DNA of 64,000 bases, from positions 4,214,407 through 4,278,406 of the forward strand of contig NC_068984.1 of assembly GCF_001194135.2 (NCBI RefSeq). Reading direction: 5' to 3'. A program made the position numbers and the translations under genes. The notes beneath the pieces were generated by a model that was given only the letters and a program-made list of their open reading frames with translations, was not told where the DNA came from and made no database searches. The DNA comes from Octopus bimaculoides (lineage: Eukaryota). Of the stretch, positions 40,915 through 54,800 are shown piece by piece; the stretch's first letter is position 1; every line of letters starts with the position of its first letter.

Positions 40915-41272
40915 ATCATCATCATCATCATCGTTTAACGTCCATTTTCCATGCTGGCATGGGTTGGACGGTTCGACTGGGGTCTGGGAAGCCAGGAGGC
41001 TGCACCAGGCTCCAGTCTGATCTGGCAATGTTTCTACAGTTGGATGTCCTTCCTAACACCAACCACTCTGAGAGTACAGTGGGTGCTTTTTACGTGCCAC
41101 CGGCACGGGGATCACGACTACAATTTCCATTTGATTTTAATGTACTTGACTCAATAGGTCTCCTCAAGCACAGCATGTTGCCCTATGATCCAAAGTATTT
41201 TTGAGTGAGCTGGGGCTGGTTATGCGACACTGGTGTAGGTTACAGCTCACTTTATTTGCTGGGTCTTCACAA
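40915..41272 (-). mobile_element. RTE 3' end copy
   Basis: Family tail through ggtctcctcaagcacagcat and gctgggtcttcac. Confidence 0.75.
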
Positions 41273-42489
41273 CTAAATTAACGTAGAAGTCATTAATATA
41301 TAAAAATAAAGCATAGAACAAACACCATATTTGATTATCTTTTTGAAAATTCTATAATATTGAGCACATTGGGGATTAACTCAAGAAGATTATCTCAAAA
41401 GTTTGAGATTGTGTAAAAACAATCCTGTATTATTGTAAAAGTTAAATGAATGTATTAGATATTAAATATTTGAAGCAAAGTTGTCAAAATACAAAGATTT
41501 TATCCAAAACTTTATTAATTCTGCCTGCCCTCTTACAATATTTATAATTTGTCAAAGATGAGAGGATTGTTGACTAACACCAGAAAAAGCTAAATATGAA
41601 ACATAAGTTAGACGTCTTTCTTTATTTTTTTTTTTTAATTAAAAAATAGAACATCATTATAATCAGAACTAGAGAATATTTTTTTTCCATAATAAACAAA
41701 ATATTACAGAGATAATTCCATGTGAGGAACTGCAGTAGCTTATTGGCCAAACTAGTGGTGTGGGTCACATAATGTTGGCTGTTCTAAGTTAAATCAAGGA
41801 AGTAAATTATTAGTAGCAAGAAGATAGAAAACCATAAGAGTCTGTGGTGTTGGATATGTTCCATAGTGTTGTCATGGAAACAAATACAGAAAGAGAGGTG
41901 GGGGAGGAGAGGAGTAACAACATCTAATTGAGTCGAAGATAAGCAAGGCATCTGTTAAATACAGCTTGCTGTGAGTTTCCAATTAGATTTGTCCTTCAAA
42001 GAAGTCTTCCACCAGCCAGTAAGTAAACAAGGTGCTGGAATGTAAAGCTGACCAGGGCAGAAGGAAGGAAGAAGAAGAAGAAGAAAGGAGAAAAAAGTGG
42101 AAAAGGAAGTTAGCCAGATCTGGCTGAAGGACAACAGTTTTGTTGTAACTAGAAATTAATCTTCTTCAATTAATATATTTTATTTTATTCATATAGTGCT
42201 AACCTTTTTCTAGTTCTCTTCTCCTCTTAATCTCTCTTTCTCATCTTTGTCTCTCTGCCTTATTTATAAAGCCTCCACCTTTTTGATTTCTACTTACGTA
42301 AAACACTGCTAATTCCTGTGGTAATTGGCATTTTGGCACAAATGTCTTGTTTGGAGAGGTTTGGTGATGTGATTCTGTCCAATATTCCACTGAAACTCAT
42401 TTCATTAGTTTGGATTTATTCCTCAAATTTGTGGACAGCTGAATTTACACAGATAGCCCTTCACCATCTGTATTACACCCAAAGTATTG

Positions 42490-44115
42490 TTCATCATCAT
42501 CATCCAGTGTTTTAAATCCAGGTTTTGTCCCTGTGAATGGAGGTGGCCAGATTTACCTCAATGCTATAGGAACCATCCTCACACCATCTTGCCTGGTTTT
42601 GGGTGTCCTCCCTTTTCAAACCAACCTACCCAATCTCCCCCTCCACCTGTCCCCTCCACCTTTTCCTCGGTCTACGCTCTATTTCCCTCAAACGCAATCA
42701 TTCTCTTCATCCCTCCTCAACACATGCCCTTACCACCTCACTCCATTCACCCTTGCCAACCATTCCACCGATTCCTCCAACCCCAGCATCCCCATCAAAT
42801 CCTCAGTCCTGTTATCAAAGAGCTTCACCCCACACATTTCTCTCATCTACCATGAATCCATTGCTTACATCTCGTACACAACACTGCATTGCTCTCTCAG
42901 TCCTTCTCAAAATTGCCATCTCTCTCTCTCTCCCTCAGACACCATGTCTCACTCCCATACAACATTGCAGCTCTCACACAACTCTTATAGACCCTTCCTT
43001 TCATCTTTAATGACAACCTTTTCCCACATAACAATGTTCCACATTCCCTGAACTTCACCCAGCCAAGTCTCGCTCTTGCTGTCACAGATGCTTCACATCC
43101 ACCACTCACATCCACCCTATCTCCCAAATAACAAAACCCTCTCACCGTTTCCACCTTGTCATATAGTGTTTCCACTGGTTCTGCCAGTCTTGGGGTCACC
43201 ATCTTCGTTTTCGTACATCTACCATGAATCCATTTCCCACATTTTCTACACAACACCGCATTTGCCATTACCCTCCTCCCACACACACCACACGGATCCA
43301 CTAACACTTCTCCTTCCACCCCACTCCCCATCACCTTTGTCTTTCCGAGGTTTACCTTGAAGCCCTTGCTTTAAAATGCCTCCTTCCATTTCCAAAACGT
43401 CTCCCTCATTCCCTCCATTGTCTCACTCATCAGAACAAGGTCTTCTGCATACAGTATCTCCATTATCAATCTCTCTCTTGCACTCTCCGTCACCACATCA
43501 ACCACTATTGCAAACAACAACAACGGTGACAACACAGATCCCTGATGCACACCAACTTTCACCACAAACTCCTTCGACACCTCTGATCCAACTCTAACTC
43601 TTGTCTTAACCCCCTCATACAAACTCATCACTGCCCTCATTATTACCTCTAGTCCACCTCTCTTCCTCAATGCCCACTCAATTATCTCTTCCTGAGAACC
43701 CTATCAAATGCCTTCTCCAGATCAGCAAAGCACATGTACAACTCCTTCCTCTGATCTCAGTATTCCTCTTGCAATTTCCTTACAATGAACACTGCATTTA
43801 TTGTCCCCCATTCCTGGCATAGAACCAAATTGCATCTCATCCACATCCACCCGCTTCCGAATTCTCCCCTCCAACACCCTTTCCACTATCTTCATTGCAT
43901 GCTCCAATAACTTCACTCCCTTATACGCCCCCACAACTCATCGCATCCCCCTTCTCCTTGAAAATCGCTACCACCACACTTAGTGCCCAATCATTTGGCA
44001 TTCCTGTTCCGTCCAGCACACCCTGGCAGAGCTCCATCATCACTACAATCCCTGTCTCCCCACTTGCAGTTGTCCTTTCCACACTTCTGATGGACCAGCT
44101 GCCCTTCCTGTTCTC
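42490..44115 (-). mobile_element. 5'-truncated RTE LINE (RT domain to 3' end), pseudogenised
   Basis: Minus-strand translations include GMPNDWALSVVVAIFKEKGD, VKLLEHAMKIVERVLEGRIR, HQGSVLSPLL, ILYAEDLVL, FCYLGDRV and KGRVYKSCVRAAMLYGSETW. It ends in a (GAT)n tail. Confidence 0.92.
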
Positions 44116-44249
44116 ATTTCTTTCAGTATTGAAAAGTGCATCTTTAGTTTCACTATTTCGATATTGCACAGAATATGAATAAAACATTGAGAATTATGGA
44201 GAAAACCAGAGACTAAGCTTGTAGTAGCAAAAATTAAAATGTCAGAAGC

Positions 44250-45295
44250 AGTGGTCTTGGAACACCCAATCTTGTCCCATATACTACGATATCTGATTTA
44301 GTACACAGTTCACATGGTGCAGGTATGAATATTGTCTTGGTTTTATCAGACTTCTTTTAAGATCAAAGGCCATACATAAGCAGAAAAGTGATCCGTAATG
44401 TGTTGGCTGTCATCAGAAGTGTGATCCAGGAAATCAACATCATCTGCATAAAAGAGTTCCCTGATCAAAGTTTCAAACTTGAAGTTGAACCTTCTCAAAT
44501 TTATGACTCTTCCGGTAGTTCTGAACTGCAAGAGGACATCCTTGTCACAGTCGTGTAATGCATGCACAAGAAGAACTGCAAGAGTGTAGGAGCAAGAATA
44601 TCATTTTGCTTTACTCTATTATCATAAAAAACTTTATCAGACAATTTCCTGTTATAGACAACATGAGCCTTCATGTCTTGGTGCTGCTGTTCAATGTATT
44701 TCTCTTGTATTTGTCTAACACAGAATACCAATTTGGTTGTTCCTGTACCTAATCTAAAGCCACTTTGTAATTCAAAAATCACTGTAAAACAGCCATCTTC
44801 CATGAATTTGTTCAACAACAGCCTAGCAAGGAATTTGCCAGCAGCTTGCAGAAGTGTGAAGCCATGATAAGGGTCACAAGTTCCTTTTTCTCTCTTACCC
44901 CTGAACAAAGACACTAAAATGCCATCAATCCAATCTCTTGGTAAAGAGGTGCCAGTCCAGTTCAACAGAAGACCATCTCGGCCAGGTGCTCTGCTAGTAG
45001 TTACCTGTTTAAGAGCCATTTTTACCTCATCATCAGATGGTCATCAATCCATTGTGAATTTCATATCACATTATTATTGGCTACTGATGGGTTACTCTTT
45101 TACTTGTTTCAGTCATTTGACTGCGGCCATGCTGGAGCACTGCCTTTAGTCGAGAAAATCGAACCCAGAGCTTATTCTTTGTAAGCCTAGTACTTATTCT
45201 ATCTGTCTCTTTTGCTGAACTGCTACGTTATGGGGATGCAAACACACCATCATTGGTTGTCAAGCGATGTTGGGGGGACAAGCACAGACACACAA

Positions 45296-45343
<48 letters not shown>

Positions 45344-47140
45344 GACAGGCTGCTTTCAGTTTCTGTCTACCAAATCCACTTACAAGGCTTTGGTTGGCCC
45401 GAGGCTATAGTAGAAGATACTTGCTCAAGGTGCCATGCAGTGGGACTGAACCCAGGACCATGCAGTTGGTAAGCAAGCTACTTACCACACAACCACTCCT
45501 AGTGAAGTGCTCTTGCCAGCACTGCAGGATTTTTGCTAATTCTTTGATGATGGTAGTGTTGTCCTTGGGGTTCAGAAGAACTACAGTAGTAGTCAGTGGG
45601 CCCTTCACTTCCTGTAGAAGACCATGGAACAGCTTCGAATCCTTTGCATCGTAAACTCTTTGAATCTCTGAAGAGACCTTCAGCCACCACTCATCCTTTG
45701 TTCTTCTGAGTTGTGATTTTGCTTTGTAATCCTTACATTGCCTATAAGTCCTCTCTGTAACAGGCTGAAGGGCACTCACTCAAAATCTTTTCATAAAGAG
45801 CTTGTTTTGTTTTCAGTAGATGACTGATAATAGAATCATTATCATCAAACCAGTCCTTATGTTTCTTCTTCATTCTAAAACCAAGTACATTGACTTCCAT
45901 TGAGTACATTTGATTTTTAAAGTTCTCCTCGGTTCCTTCAAAGTCAAGACTATCAAGTTGTTTGTTTAAGGTTTCACAGACATCCAGCAATTTCAGTTTT
46001 GTAAGATCGATATGTGCTGTTATTGTCAACCTATTCATACAGATCTTGTTACAGATTCATATTCTAAATTTTCCTCCTTTCACATCACACGTACAATTAC
46101 ATGTGTTGCTGAGGTCACATTCACATGTGATAAAAACAATCACATGACTGTGTGAGTCCATGTAACCTTGTACTTGAGTTATTGATGAAAGAATGTGTTG
46201 CAGATGACTGAGATGAGTTCTGATCAAAGTTCATGTCACTTCAAACCATTACCGTTCACTTTACCAATGCCATAGCATCCCAAGCGCATCCCATGTCTCA
46301 GAGTCTTTACTAATTTCTGCATTGAAGAATTATCAGTTCTTCATCAACCAGTGTGGATGTAAATAGCAGTATGAAGATTTTCATTGGAAGTTATGATAAT
46401 TTCTTCATTGGCTTGGAGGTATGGAGCATAAACTGACAAGATTGACACATATTGCTCACATGAAAGAGAAAAGCAAAGCTTCATTATGCCACCAGTTACA
46501 CTCAAAGGATTCTCCAAATGTTTTACCAAAGTTGTTTTGATTGCAAAACTGACACCACCTTATGATTCGCTTTTTGGTTTGCCAACCCAGAAGAATGTAT
46601 GGCCTAATGATACTTCACTAAGCTGATCTTTCTTGGAGACACATGTTTCAGATAAAACTGCAATATCAATGTGAAGTTTTTGAAGTTCTTTAGTCACAGG
46701 TGATGTTCTTTGTTAAAGATGATTCAATGAAGTTTGGTCCAGGAGTAAATATTGAGTTTAGCTCCATCTTTTGCAAATATTTTATTCCATCTTTCATCTT
46801 CCTGCTTGAATGAAACACAATTAGCTGCAGGAAACTAACCAGTTTTGAGGTGACTGACAATATTTAGTGCACCTTTTCTAGTACCTTCCCAGGAATTTGG
46901 GTAAGCAGCGCTCTCCCTAAAAATGCTCTGCTTCATCACAAGAATCTCCATTGAAGTTGATCCCTGTCAGGAGAAGACACAACAATGTTAGGATAAGACT
47001 TCAAGCCCCCTATTTGCATATTTGTAGTTATGCACTTCCAACTGGTTAGGTCTGCACACGTTCCTACACTTCCATTGGCATAGGACTTTCAGTAGCGGGA
47101 ATGACAAATGATAGATGAGGTCACCATAAAGACACATCTG
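44250..47140 (-). mobile_element. Second, distinct RTE LINE (BovB-like): 5'UTR, APE endonuclease and RT to YADD; lacks its 3' end; pseudogenised
   Basis: IAVLSET, QYVSILSVYAP, KHKDWFDDND, KDEWWLKVSSEIQ, RAPGRDG, YHGFTLLQAAGKFLARLLLN, ELFYADD and KTKTIFIPAP, with many stops and frameshifts. Confidence 0.88.
45095..45499 (-). mobile_element. Family A SINE nested in the RTE
   Basis: Full family A sequence interrupting the RTE reading after QEHFT. Confidence 0.85.
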
Positions 47141-47254
47141 TATGTCATTGGATAAACACTATATACATTCATACATACCTGTACACATACATATAAATAT
47201 CTGTGTATATATATATGTATGTGTGTGTGTGTGTAAATTTATAGAAAAGTTAGG

Positions 47255-47663
47255 CATAAGAGGCATCAGATGTGGTGTGCAAGAGAGATAACTGTGCTGG
47301 TATGGTCATGTGATGCATATGGACGAGGACAGCTGTGTAAAGAAGTGTCGATCTCTAACTGTGGAGGGGTAGTAGAGGTAGACCCTGGAAGACACGGGAG
47401 GAAGTGGTGAAGCATCATCTTTGAACTTTGGGCCTCAGAGGCAATGACTAGTGACTGAGACCTTTGGTGATATGCTGTGCTTGAGAAGACCCATCAAGGC
47501 AAGTGAAATCATAGTCATGGCTGATGCTGGTGGTACGTGACTGGCATCCGTGCCGGTGGTACATAAAAAACACCTTCCGAGCAGTGGGCCTCACGGAGGC
47601 AAAGTGGCTGAGCTCCTTTTGAGTGTAGGGCCTCATGGAGGCAATGACCAAGACCTTTGACAT
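47255..47663 (+). mobile_element. RTE ORF C-terminus plus start of 3'UTR
   Basis: Translates approximately to LCWYGHVMHMDEDSCVKKCRSLTVEG..RGRPWKTREEVV..AMTSD*DLW*YAVLEKT, then gtgccggtggtacataaaaaacacc. Confidence 0.8.
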
Positions 47664-47865
47664 TATATTTATATATGTGTATGTATTTATATACATATAT
47701 TTATATATTAGTGTGTATTCATATCTATCTATCTATCTATAGATATGTGTGTGTGTGTGTTTGTATGTATATATCTATTCATACACGTATGTATTCATAC
47801 ATTGTGTGTGTCTGTGCTGTGTATGCATGTATATATATATATGTGTGTGCGTATTCATATATATA

Positions 47866-47918
<53 letters not shown>

Positions 47919-47983
47919 GTGTGTATATATATATATATATATAATCGTCATCATCATCATGTAATATATATGTATTTGTATGT

Positions 47984-48035
<52 letters not shown>

Positions 48036-48698
48036 TCATATATATTTAAGTACCTACATACACACACACACACGCATATCTATGTATATCTGTGTATATG
48101 TACATATCTACATATATGTTTGCATGTATGTATGTATATTTTAATGTAGAACAAAGTCACTCATGTGTTCCATGGTATATTATTATATCAGTGATGATGA
48201 CGGTGGTGGTGGTGGTGGCAGTATTGATTGTAGTGATAGTGTTGTCATTGGTGGTGGTGGTGCTGGTGAGGATGTTTGTTGTAGTGATGATGATGTTGTT
48301 GTTGTTGATGCTGATGTATAAATGCCCGAAGATATTGGATTTGACATTAGATGAAGCTAACAAGGAAACAGAAATACATTCAACTGCTGGCTTCCCCACC
48401 CCCCGCTTCCTCTATTAAACAGTTGTTTTTCCCTCCAACTTCTAATTAACAACATTTCAACAGCCAAAATCTCCTCCACCTCCTACATATATATATATAG
48501 AGATAGATAGATAGATAGATACGCACGCATACATAAGTACGCACACATTCATATATACGCACGCATGCACACACATTCATATATACACACGCATGCACAT
48601 ACATGCATGCTCTCTCACTCACATGACCACATTTGCTCATAAACACACAGACATTTTTGTGTGTGCACTTGTACCTATGTCTATATACATGTATGTGC

Positions 48699-48747
<49 letters not shown>

Positions 48748-48900
48748 CACACACATATATATATATAAATATATATATGTACATGTACGTTTGTGTATTT
48801 TTTTTAAGTGTATGTATGTATATATATATGCATATATATATGTATATATATATTTATATATATGTGTGTATACATATATATATGTATATACATATATATG

Positions 48901-48989
<89 letters not shown>

Positions 48990-49565
48990 NNNNNNNNNNN
49001 NNNNNNNNNNNNNNNNNNNNNNNNNNNNNNNNNNNNNNNNNNNNNNNNNNNNNNNNNNNNNNNNNNNNNNNNNNNNNNNNNNNNNNNNNNNNNNNNNNNN
49101 NNNNNNNNNNNNNNNNNNNNNNNNNNNNNNNNNNNNNNNNNNNNNNNNNNNNNNNNNNNNNNNNNNNNNNNNNNNNNNNNNNNNNNNNNNNNNNNNNNNN
49201 NNNNNNNNNNNNNNNNNNNNNNNNNNNNNNNNNNNNNNNNNNNNNNNNNNNNNNNNNNNNNNNNNNNNNNNNNNNNNNNNNNNNNNNNNNNNNNNNNNNN
49301 NNNNNNNNNNNNNNNNNNNNNNNNNNNNNNNNNNNNNNNNNNNNNNNNNNNNNNNNNNNNNNNNNNNNNNNNNNNNNNNNNNNNNNNNNNNNNNNNNNNN
49401 NNNNNNNNNNNNNNNNNNNNNNNNNNNNNNNNNNNNNNNNNNNNNNNNNNNNNNNNNNNNNNNNNNNNNNNNNNNNNNNNNNNNNNNNNNNNNNNNNNNN
49501 NNNNNNNNNNNNNNNNNNNNNNNNNNNNNNNNNNNNNNNNNNNNNNNNNNNNNNNNNNNNNNNAT

Positions 49566-49603
<38 letters not shown>

Positions 49604-49612
49604 GTATGTATA

Positions 49613-50268
49613 TTCTTTTACTTGTTTCAGTCATTTGACTGTGGCCATGCTGGAGCACCACCCTTAGTCGAACAAATCGACCCCAGGACTTATTCTTTGT
49701 AAGCCTGACACTTATTCTATTGGTATCTTTTGCCGAACCTCTAAGTTACGAGGATGTGAACACACCAACATCGGTTGTCAAGCAATGGTGGCGGGACAAG
49801 CACAGACACATACACAAGCATATAAATATATGTTGGGCTTGTTTTGGTTTCTGCCTACCAAATCCATTCACAAGGCTTTGGTCGGCCCGAGGCTATAGCA
49901 GAAGACACTTGTCCAAGGTGCCACACAGTGGGAGTGATCCTGGAACCATGTGGTTGGGAAGCAAGCTTCTTAGCACATAGCCATGCCTGCGCATGTGGAA
50001 AGTGTTTTGCAATCTCATAGTTTTGCATTTAGTGCCACTGTGGGGCACCTTGGATAAGTGCATTCTTTTCTACTCTAGGTACAAGGCACAAAATTTTGGG
50101 GGGTAGGGGGCTAGTTGATTAGATCAACCCCAGTACGCAACTGGTACTTATTTAATCAACACCGAAAGGATGAAAGTCAAAGTCGACCTCGGTGGAATTT
50201 GAACTCAGAACGAAATACCGCTAAGCATTTCGCCCGGCATGCTAACGTTTCTGCCAGCTCGCCTCCTT
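49613..50268 (-). mobile_element. Family A SINE (49613-49992) and family B SINE (about 50065-50268)
   Basis: Family motifs as above. Confidence 0.75.
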
Positions 50269-50999
50269 TGGACAAGTGCATTCTACAATAGCTCTGAGCT
50301 GACCAATGCCTTATGGGTGAATTTNNNNNNNNNNNNNNNNNNNNNNNNNNNNNNNNNNNNNNNNNNNNNNNNNNNNNNNNNNNNNNNNNNNNNNNNNNNN
50401 NNNNNNNNNNNNNNNNNNNNNNNNNNNNNNNNNNNNNNNNNNNNNNNNNNNNNNNNNNNNNNNNNNNNNNNNNNNNNNNNNNNNNNNNNNNNNNNNNNNN
50501 NNNNNNNNNNNNNNNNNNNNNNNNNNNNNNNNNNNNNNNNNNNNNNNNNNNNNNNNNNNNNNNNNNNNNNNNNNNNNNNNNNNNNNNNNNNNNNNNNNNN
50601 NNNNNNNNNNNNNNNNNNNNNNNNNNNNNNNNNNNNNNNNNNNNNNNNNNNNNNNNNNNNNNNNNNNNNNNNNNNNNNNNNNNNNNNNNNNNNNNNNNNN
50701 NNNNNNNNNNNNNNNNNNNNNNNNNNNNNNNNNNNNNNNNNNNNNNNNNNNNNNNNNNNNNNNNNNNNNNNNNNNNNNNNNNNNNNNNNNNNNNNNNNNN
50801 NNNNNNNNNNNNNNNNNNNNNNNNNNNNNNNNNNNNNNNNNNNNNNNNNNNNNNNNNNNNNNNNNNNNNNNNNNNNNNNNNNNNNNNNNNNNNNNNNNNN
50901 NNNNNNNNNNNNNNNNNNNNNNNNNNNNNNNNNNNNNNNNNNNNNNNNNNNNNNNNNNNNNNNNNNNNNNNNNNNNNNNNNNNNNNNNNNNNNNNNNNN

Positions 51000-51036
<37 letters not shown>

Positions 51037-51179
51037 GCAGATGTGTTTGTATTTGGTTATGTGCATACACAATGGGACTGATGCGTACATATTTTCTATG
51101 TAAGTATGTGTCTATATCTGTGTGTGTTCAACCTATGACAGCATGAAAAGTGGACAGGAAATGGTGATGATGATGATGG

Positions 51180-51210
<31 letters not shown>

Positions 51211-51281
51211 ATATGTTTATATATAAATAAACAAATGTGTGTACGTGTGTGTGTTTGTCTCTCTCGTTTTCTTCTATATAC

Positions 51282-51313
<32 letters not shown>

Positions 51314-53524
51314 ATATATGTAGGCACATATGTATATAATATATGTATTTATGTATACAATATATGTGCATGTGTGTGTGTACATACATAAATTCAGAAG
51401 TGATATTTGAAGACATATAACTGTATATCTCAGTGGAAGGCTGCCTGCGTCCCTAATTCAATTCAAAAGGTGAGTGTCCAAAATAGATGACCTATTGCTT
51501 AGAACAGATCAATGGACTACAGTCTAAGAATAAATACTTCTAAATATTTTAGCAACCACACATGCACACACGCACACATACACACACAGACACATGCACC
51601 GATACAGACATACTCACTCTCACACATACTAATCTTATTTATAAACAGACACACTCTGGAATTATATATAGATTTACATAGTCGTATGTATGTGCGAGTG
51701 TGTCAGTTTGTACACTACTTTACACATAAATATATACATANNNNNNNNNNATATATATATATACTCATATAGGTATGTATGTGTATATGTACATGTAACC
51801 ATATATGTACGTGTGTCTATGTATGTATATATGTATGTATCTGCACAAGCACACACATACACATGCACACATATACAGACATTACTGTGTGCACATATAT
51901 GTGCTTTTGCTTGTCTGTGTCTGTATATACATTTCCACACACAAATTAGAACTAAATCTCAGCTTGTATGTGCGTACATACATATGCATCTGTCTGTCTG
52001 TCTCTCTCACAAGTGTGAGTATATATATATATATATATATATATATGCTCACACATACATTATGTATGTATATAAAGAGTAGAAATATACTCTGGCACAC
52101 CAAGAAATTGGACAAAGTGTGTAAGTACGAATATAGAAACTGTTGCTACCCGAGATAAATGCACTTATTTGTTATCAATGACAGTGAAATAGCAATCAAT
52201 TGTGATAGCGGTGAGTGATATGGACAGAGCAGAGATCTCGGCACACACACTGGAAATTACAGTCATGCTTTGCAAATGAAGGATTATTGTTGTTGCAGTG
52301 TGGCATTGAAGAGAGATGCAGGAATTAATTGCGTCTCAGTGTTGAAAGAGGTCAGTGTGGCGGCGTACGGGTTGAGGCTTTTCATTTTCACACAAAGAGA
52401 TTTGGGTCTGAATTCTAGTCTAAGTTGCTTTGATTGTGCTCCTGGCTCGGTCTCTCTCTCTCCTTTTTTTCTTTTTTTGTCTATCTGTGTATTTCTCATC
52501 CTCATCTCCCGGTCAGTGCTGGTGCCACATCAAAAGCACTTGTGCCAGTGCTACATGAGAAAGCACCTGTGCCATGCCACGTAGAAAGGACCTGTGCCAG
52601 TGCTACATTAAAAGCACCCAAAAGGGGTTGGCATTAGGAAGGGCATCCAGCTTCAGAAACCAAACCAAGACAAACGACTAAAACATGGTGCGACTCTCCA
52701 GGCTTGCCAGCTCAAGCCAAACTGTCTAACCCATGCCAGCATGGAAAATGGGCGTTAAATGAGGATGATGATGATGATGTGAATGTTGGTGATGATGATC
52801 ATCTTCATCATCATCTTCATCTTCATAATCATCACTGTTGTTGTTTTGACAGCCACTTTTCTATGCTTGCATGGTTCAGACAGAACTCTTTGAGGTAGAA
52901 TTTTTGCAGCTGGATGCTCTTTCTGTCCTTCAACACTCACCTATTTCCAAGCAAGGTAATATTTCCCCACCATGGCTAGACATGTTTTTACAGAGGATTG
53001 GAATGACATCACTTGTATGATGGTACCACTCATTTACAACTATCATGTGATGTCAAGACAAGGAGGCATGACCCACCACCACCCAACCTCCCCCTACACA
53101 CACACACACACATGCACATACACACATATACATATATATGATAGGCTTCTTTGAGATTCCATCAAGTCTGAGAAGTAGAAGACATTTGCTCAAGGCAACA
53201 TGCAGAGAGATCGAACCCAAAACCATGTGGTTGGGAAGCAAACTTCTTAACCAGCCAACCATGCCTGTGCCTATGCACACACACACACACACGCACACAC
53301 ACACATACATGCACATACACACATGCATGCACACACTCATACACATACACACACATGCACACATACACATTCTCACACATGCACATATATACTCACACAC
53401 ACATATATAAATCTGTCTCAACAATTTAGTCAACCCATGCATTCATGGGAAAAAAAAGACATTAAAATACTGATGACAATGATATATATATATAAATATA
53501 ACGTGTCTTGAATGGCTCAACAAT

Positions 53525-54270
53525 GCAGAGTGGACAATAATAACTGTTATAATTTTATTATCCATAGTCTGATATAATAATAATATTTCGGAATACAAAA
53601 ATTCTTTCTTCAGATATCGCTAGGAATTGATCGAGTCATTGTTATAATCGGTTTTCCAACGGTTGCTGAAATTTTCTTTTTTCTGGAAACATCTCTGCAA
53701 AGGTCTCATGAAGCTCCTTCTGGAAATTCTTATGAGAAGTGCATGAGGGTGGCCATGTTTTGAGCTCGTGTGTGTTGACACACCGCAGCGCTGCTTCTAA
53801 GATATGTTTTATACGTGAAGTTTTTTTTTTTATATATAATACCTGAGCATGTTATCAAAAATGAACCTACACGCATCCAGATGTAGCTAAATAATATACT
53901 GATTGCCAGCCTCTTGCCTGTTGTTGATTTGGGGCCTTAGTCTGTCTATGAGGATAGCTTCCTTAATTCTTAGATAAGCCAAATTTCTTTCATTGGCCCC
54001 AATTGCGACTGTTATGCTTTTGTCAGTGTTCCAGCATCTGTCTAGATGTTTTCTGAAGGAGGAGGCTCTCGTGTTCAGATGCTCTTTCATGCAGACGTGG
54101 AACAGTCTTGTTGTGCTACCCACATAGAACTTGTTGCATTTGTTACATCGTATTCTATACAAAACATTTACCTGTTGGCATAAATGTGTGTCATGGATGG
54201 GGAAGTTAGCTAGTGTTCATTGATTGCTCTTCTTTGCTTGTTTCTTTGCTAGGTGTCTTCTCAGATATTT
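53525..54270 (-). mobile_element. Penelope-like element 3' portion: GIY-YIG endonuclease plus pseudo-LTR
   Basis: ORF 54162-53887 YRIRCNKCNKFYVGSTTRLFHVCMKEH...LRIKEAILIDRLRPQINNR matches the GIY-YIG pattern of PLEs (Y-x-I-x-C-x2-C...YVG-x-T-x-R...EH, and EA-x2-I...P-x-IN). A downstream CTGAAGA...CGAAA core is present. Confidence 0.85.
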
Positions 54271-54285
54271 ATATATATATATATC

Positions 54286-54800
54286 TGAAGACCTGGCAAA
54301 TAAAGTGGGTCCACAGCTGTAATATACACCAGTGTCACTTAACCAGCCCACTCAAAAGTACCTTGGATCGTAGGGCGACGTGCCATGCTTGAGGAGACCT
54401 ATTGAGTCAAGTACATCAACATCAGTAATATCAAAATCACAATCAAATGGAAATTGTAGTTGTGAGCCCCGTGCCAGTAGCACATAAAAAGCACCATCCG
54501 AACGTGGCCGATGCTAGTGCCGCTTTGACTGGCTTCCATGCCGGTGGCACGTATAAAGCACCATCTGATCGTGGTTGATGCCAGCTCCCCAGGCCCCTTT
54601 GCCGGCGGCACATAAAAAGCACCCACTGCACTCTCGGAGTGGTCGGTGTTAGGAAGGGCATCCAGCTGTAGAAACACTGCCTGATCAGATTGGAGCCTGG
54701 TGTGGCCTTCTGGCTTACGAGACCCCAGTTGAACCATCCAACCCATGCCAGCATGGAAAACAGACGTTAAAGGATGGTGATGATGATGATGACGATGATA
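54286..54800 (+). mobile_element. RTE 3' end copy with 3 hairpin units
   Basis: tgaagacctggcaaataaa...cttgaggagacct...three gtgccggtggcac-like units...cccatgccagcatggaaaacagacgttaa(GAT)n. Confidence 0.78.

Noticed and set aside
48593-49702. Long ORFs (up to 369 aa) here and at 7096-8013, 50177-51090 and 57834-58297
   Set aside because: They consist of (AT)n/(GT)n microsatellite translations and runs of N, so they are not coding.
51434-51469. 36-nt + strand segment ending in a strong AAG|GTGAGT donor
   Set aside because: The acceptor is poor and the peptide is unrecognisable, so it cannot be supported without RNA data.
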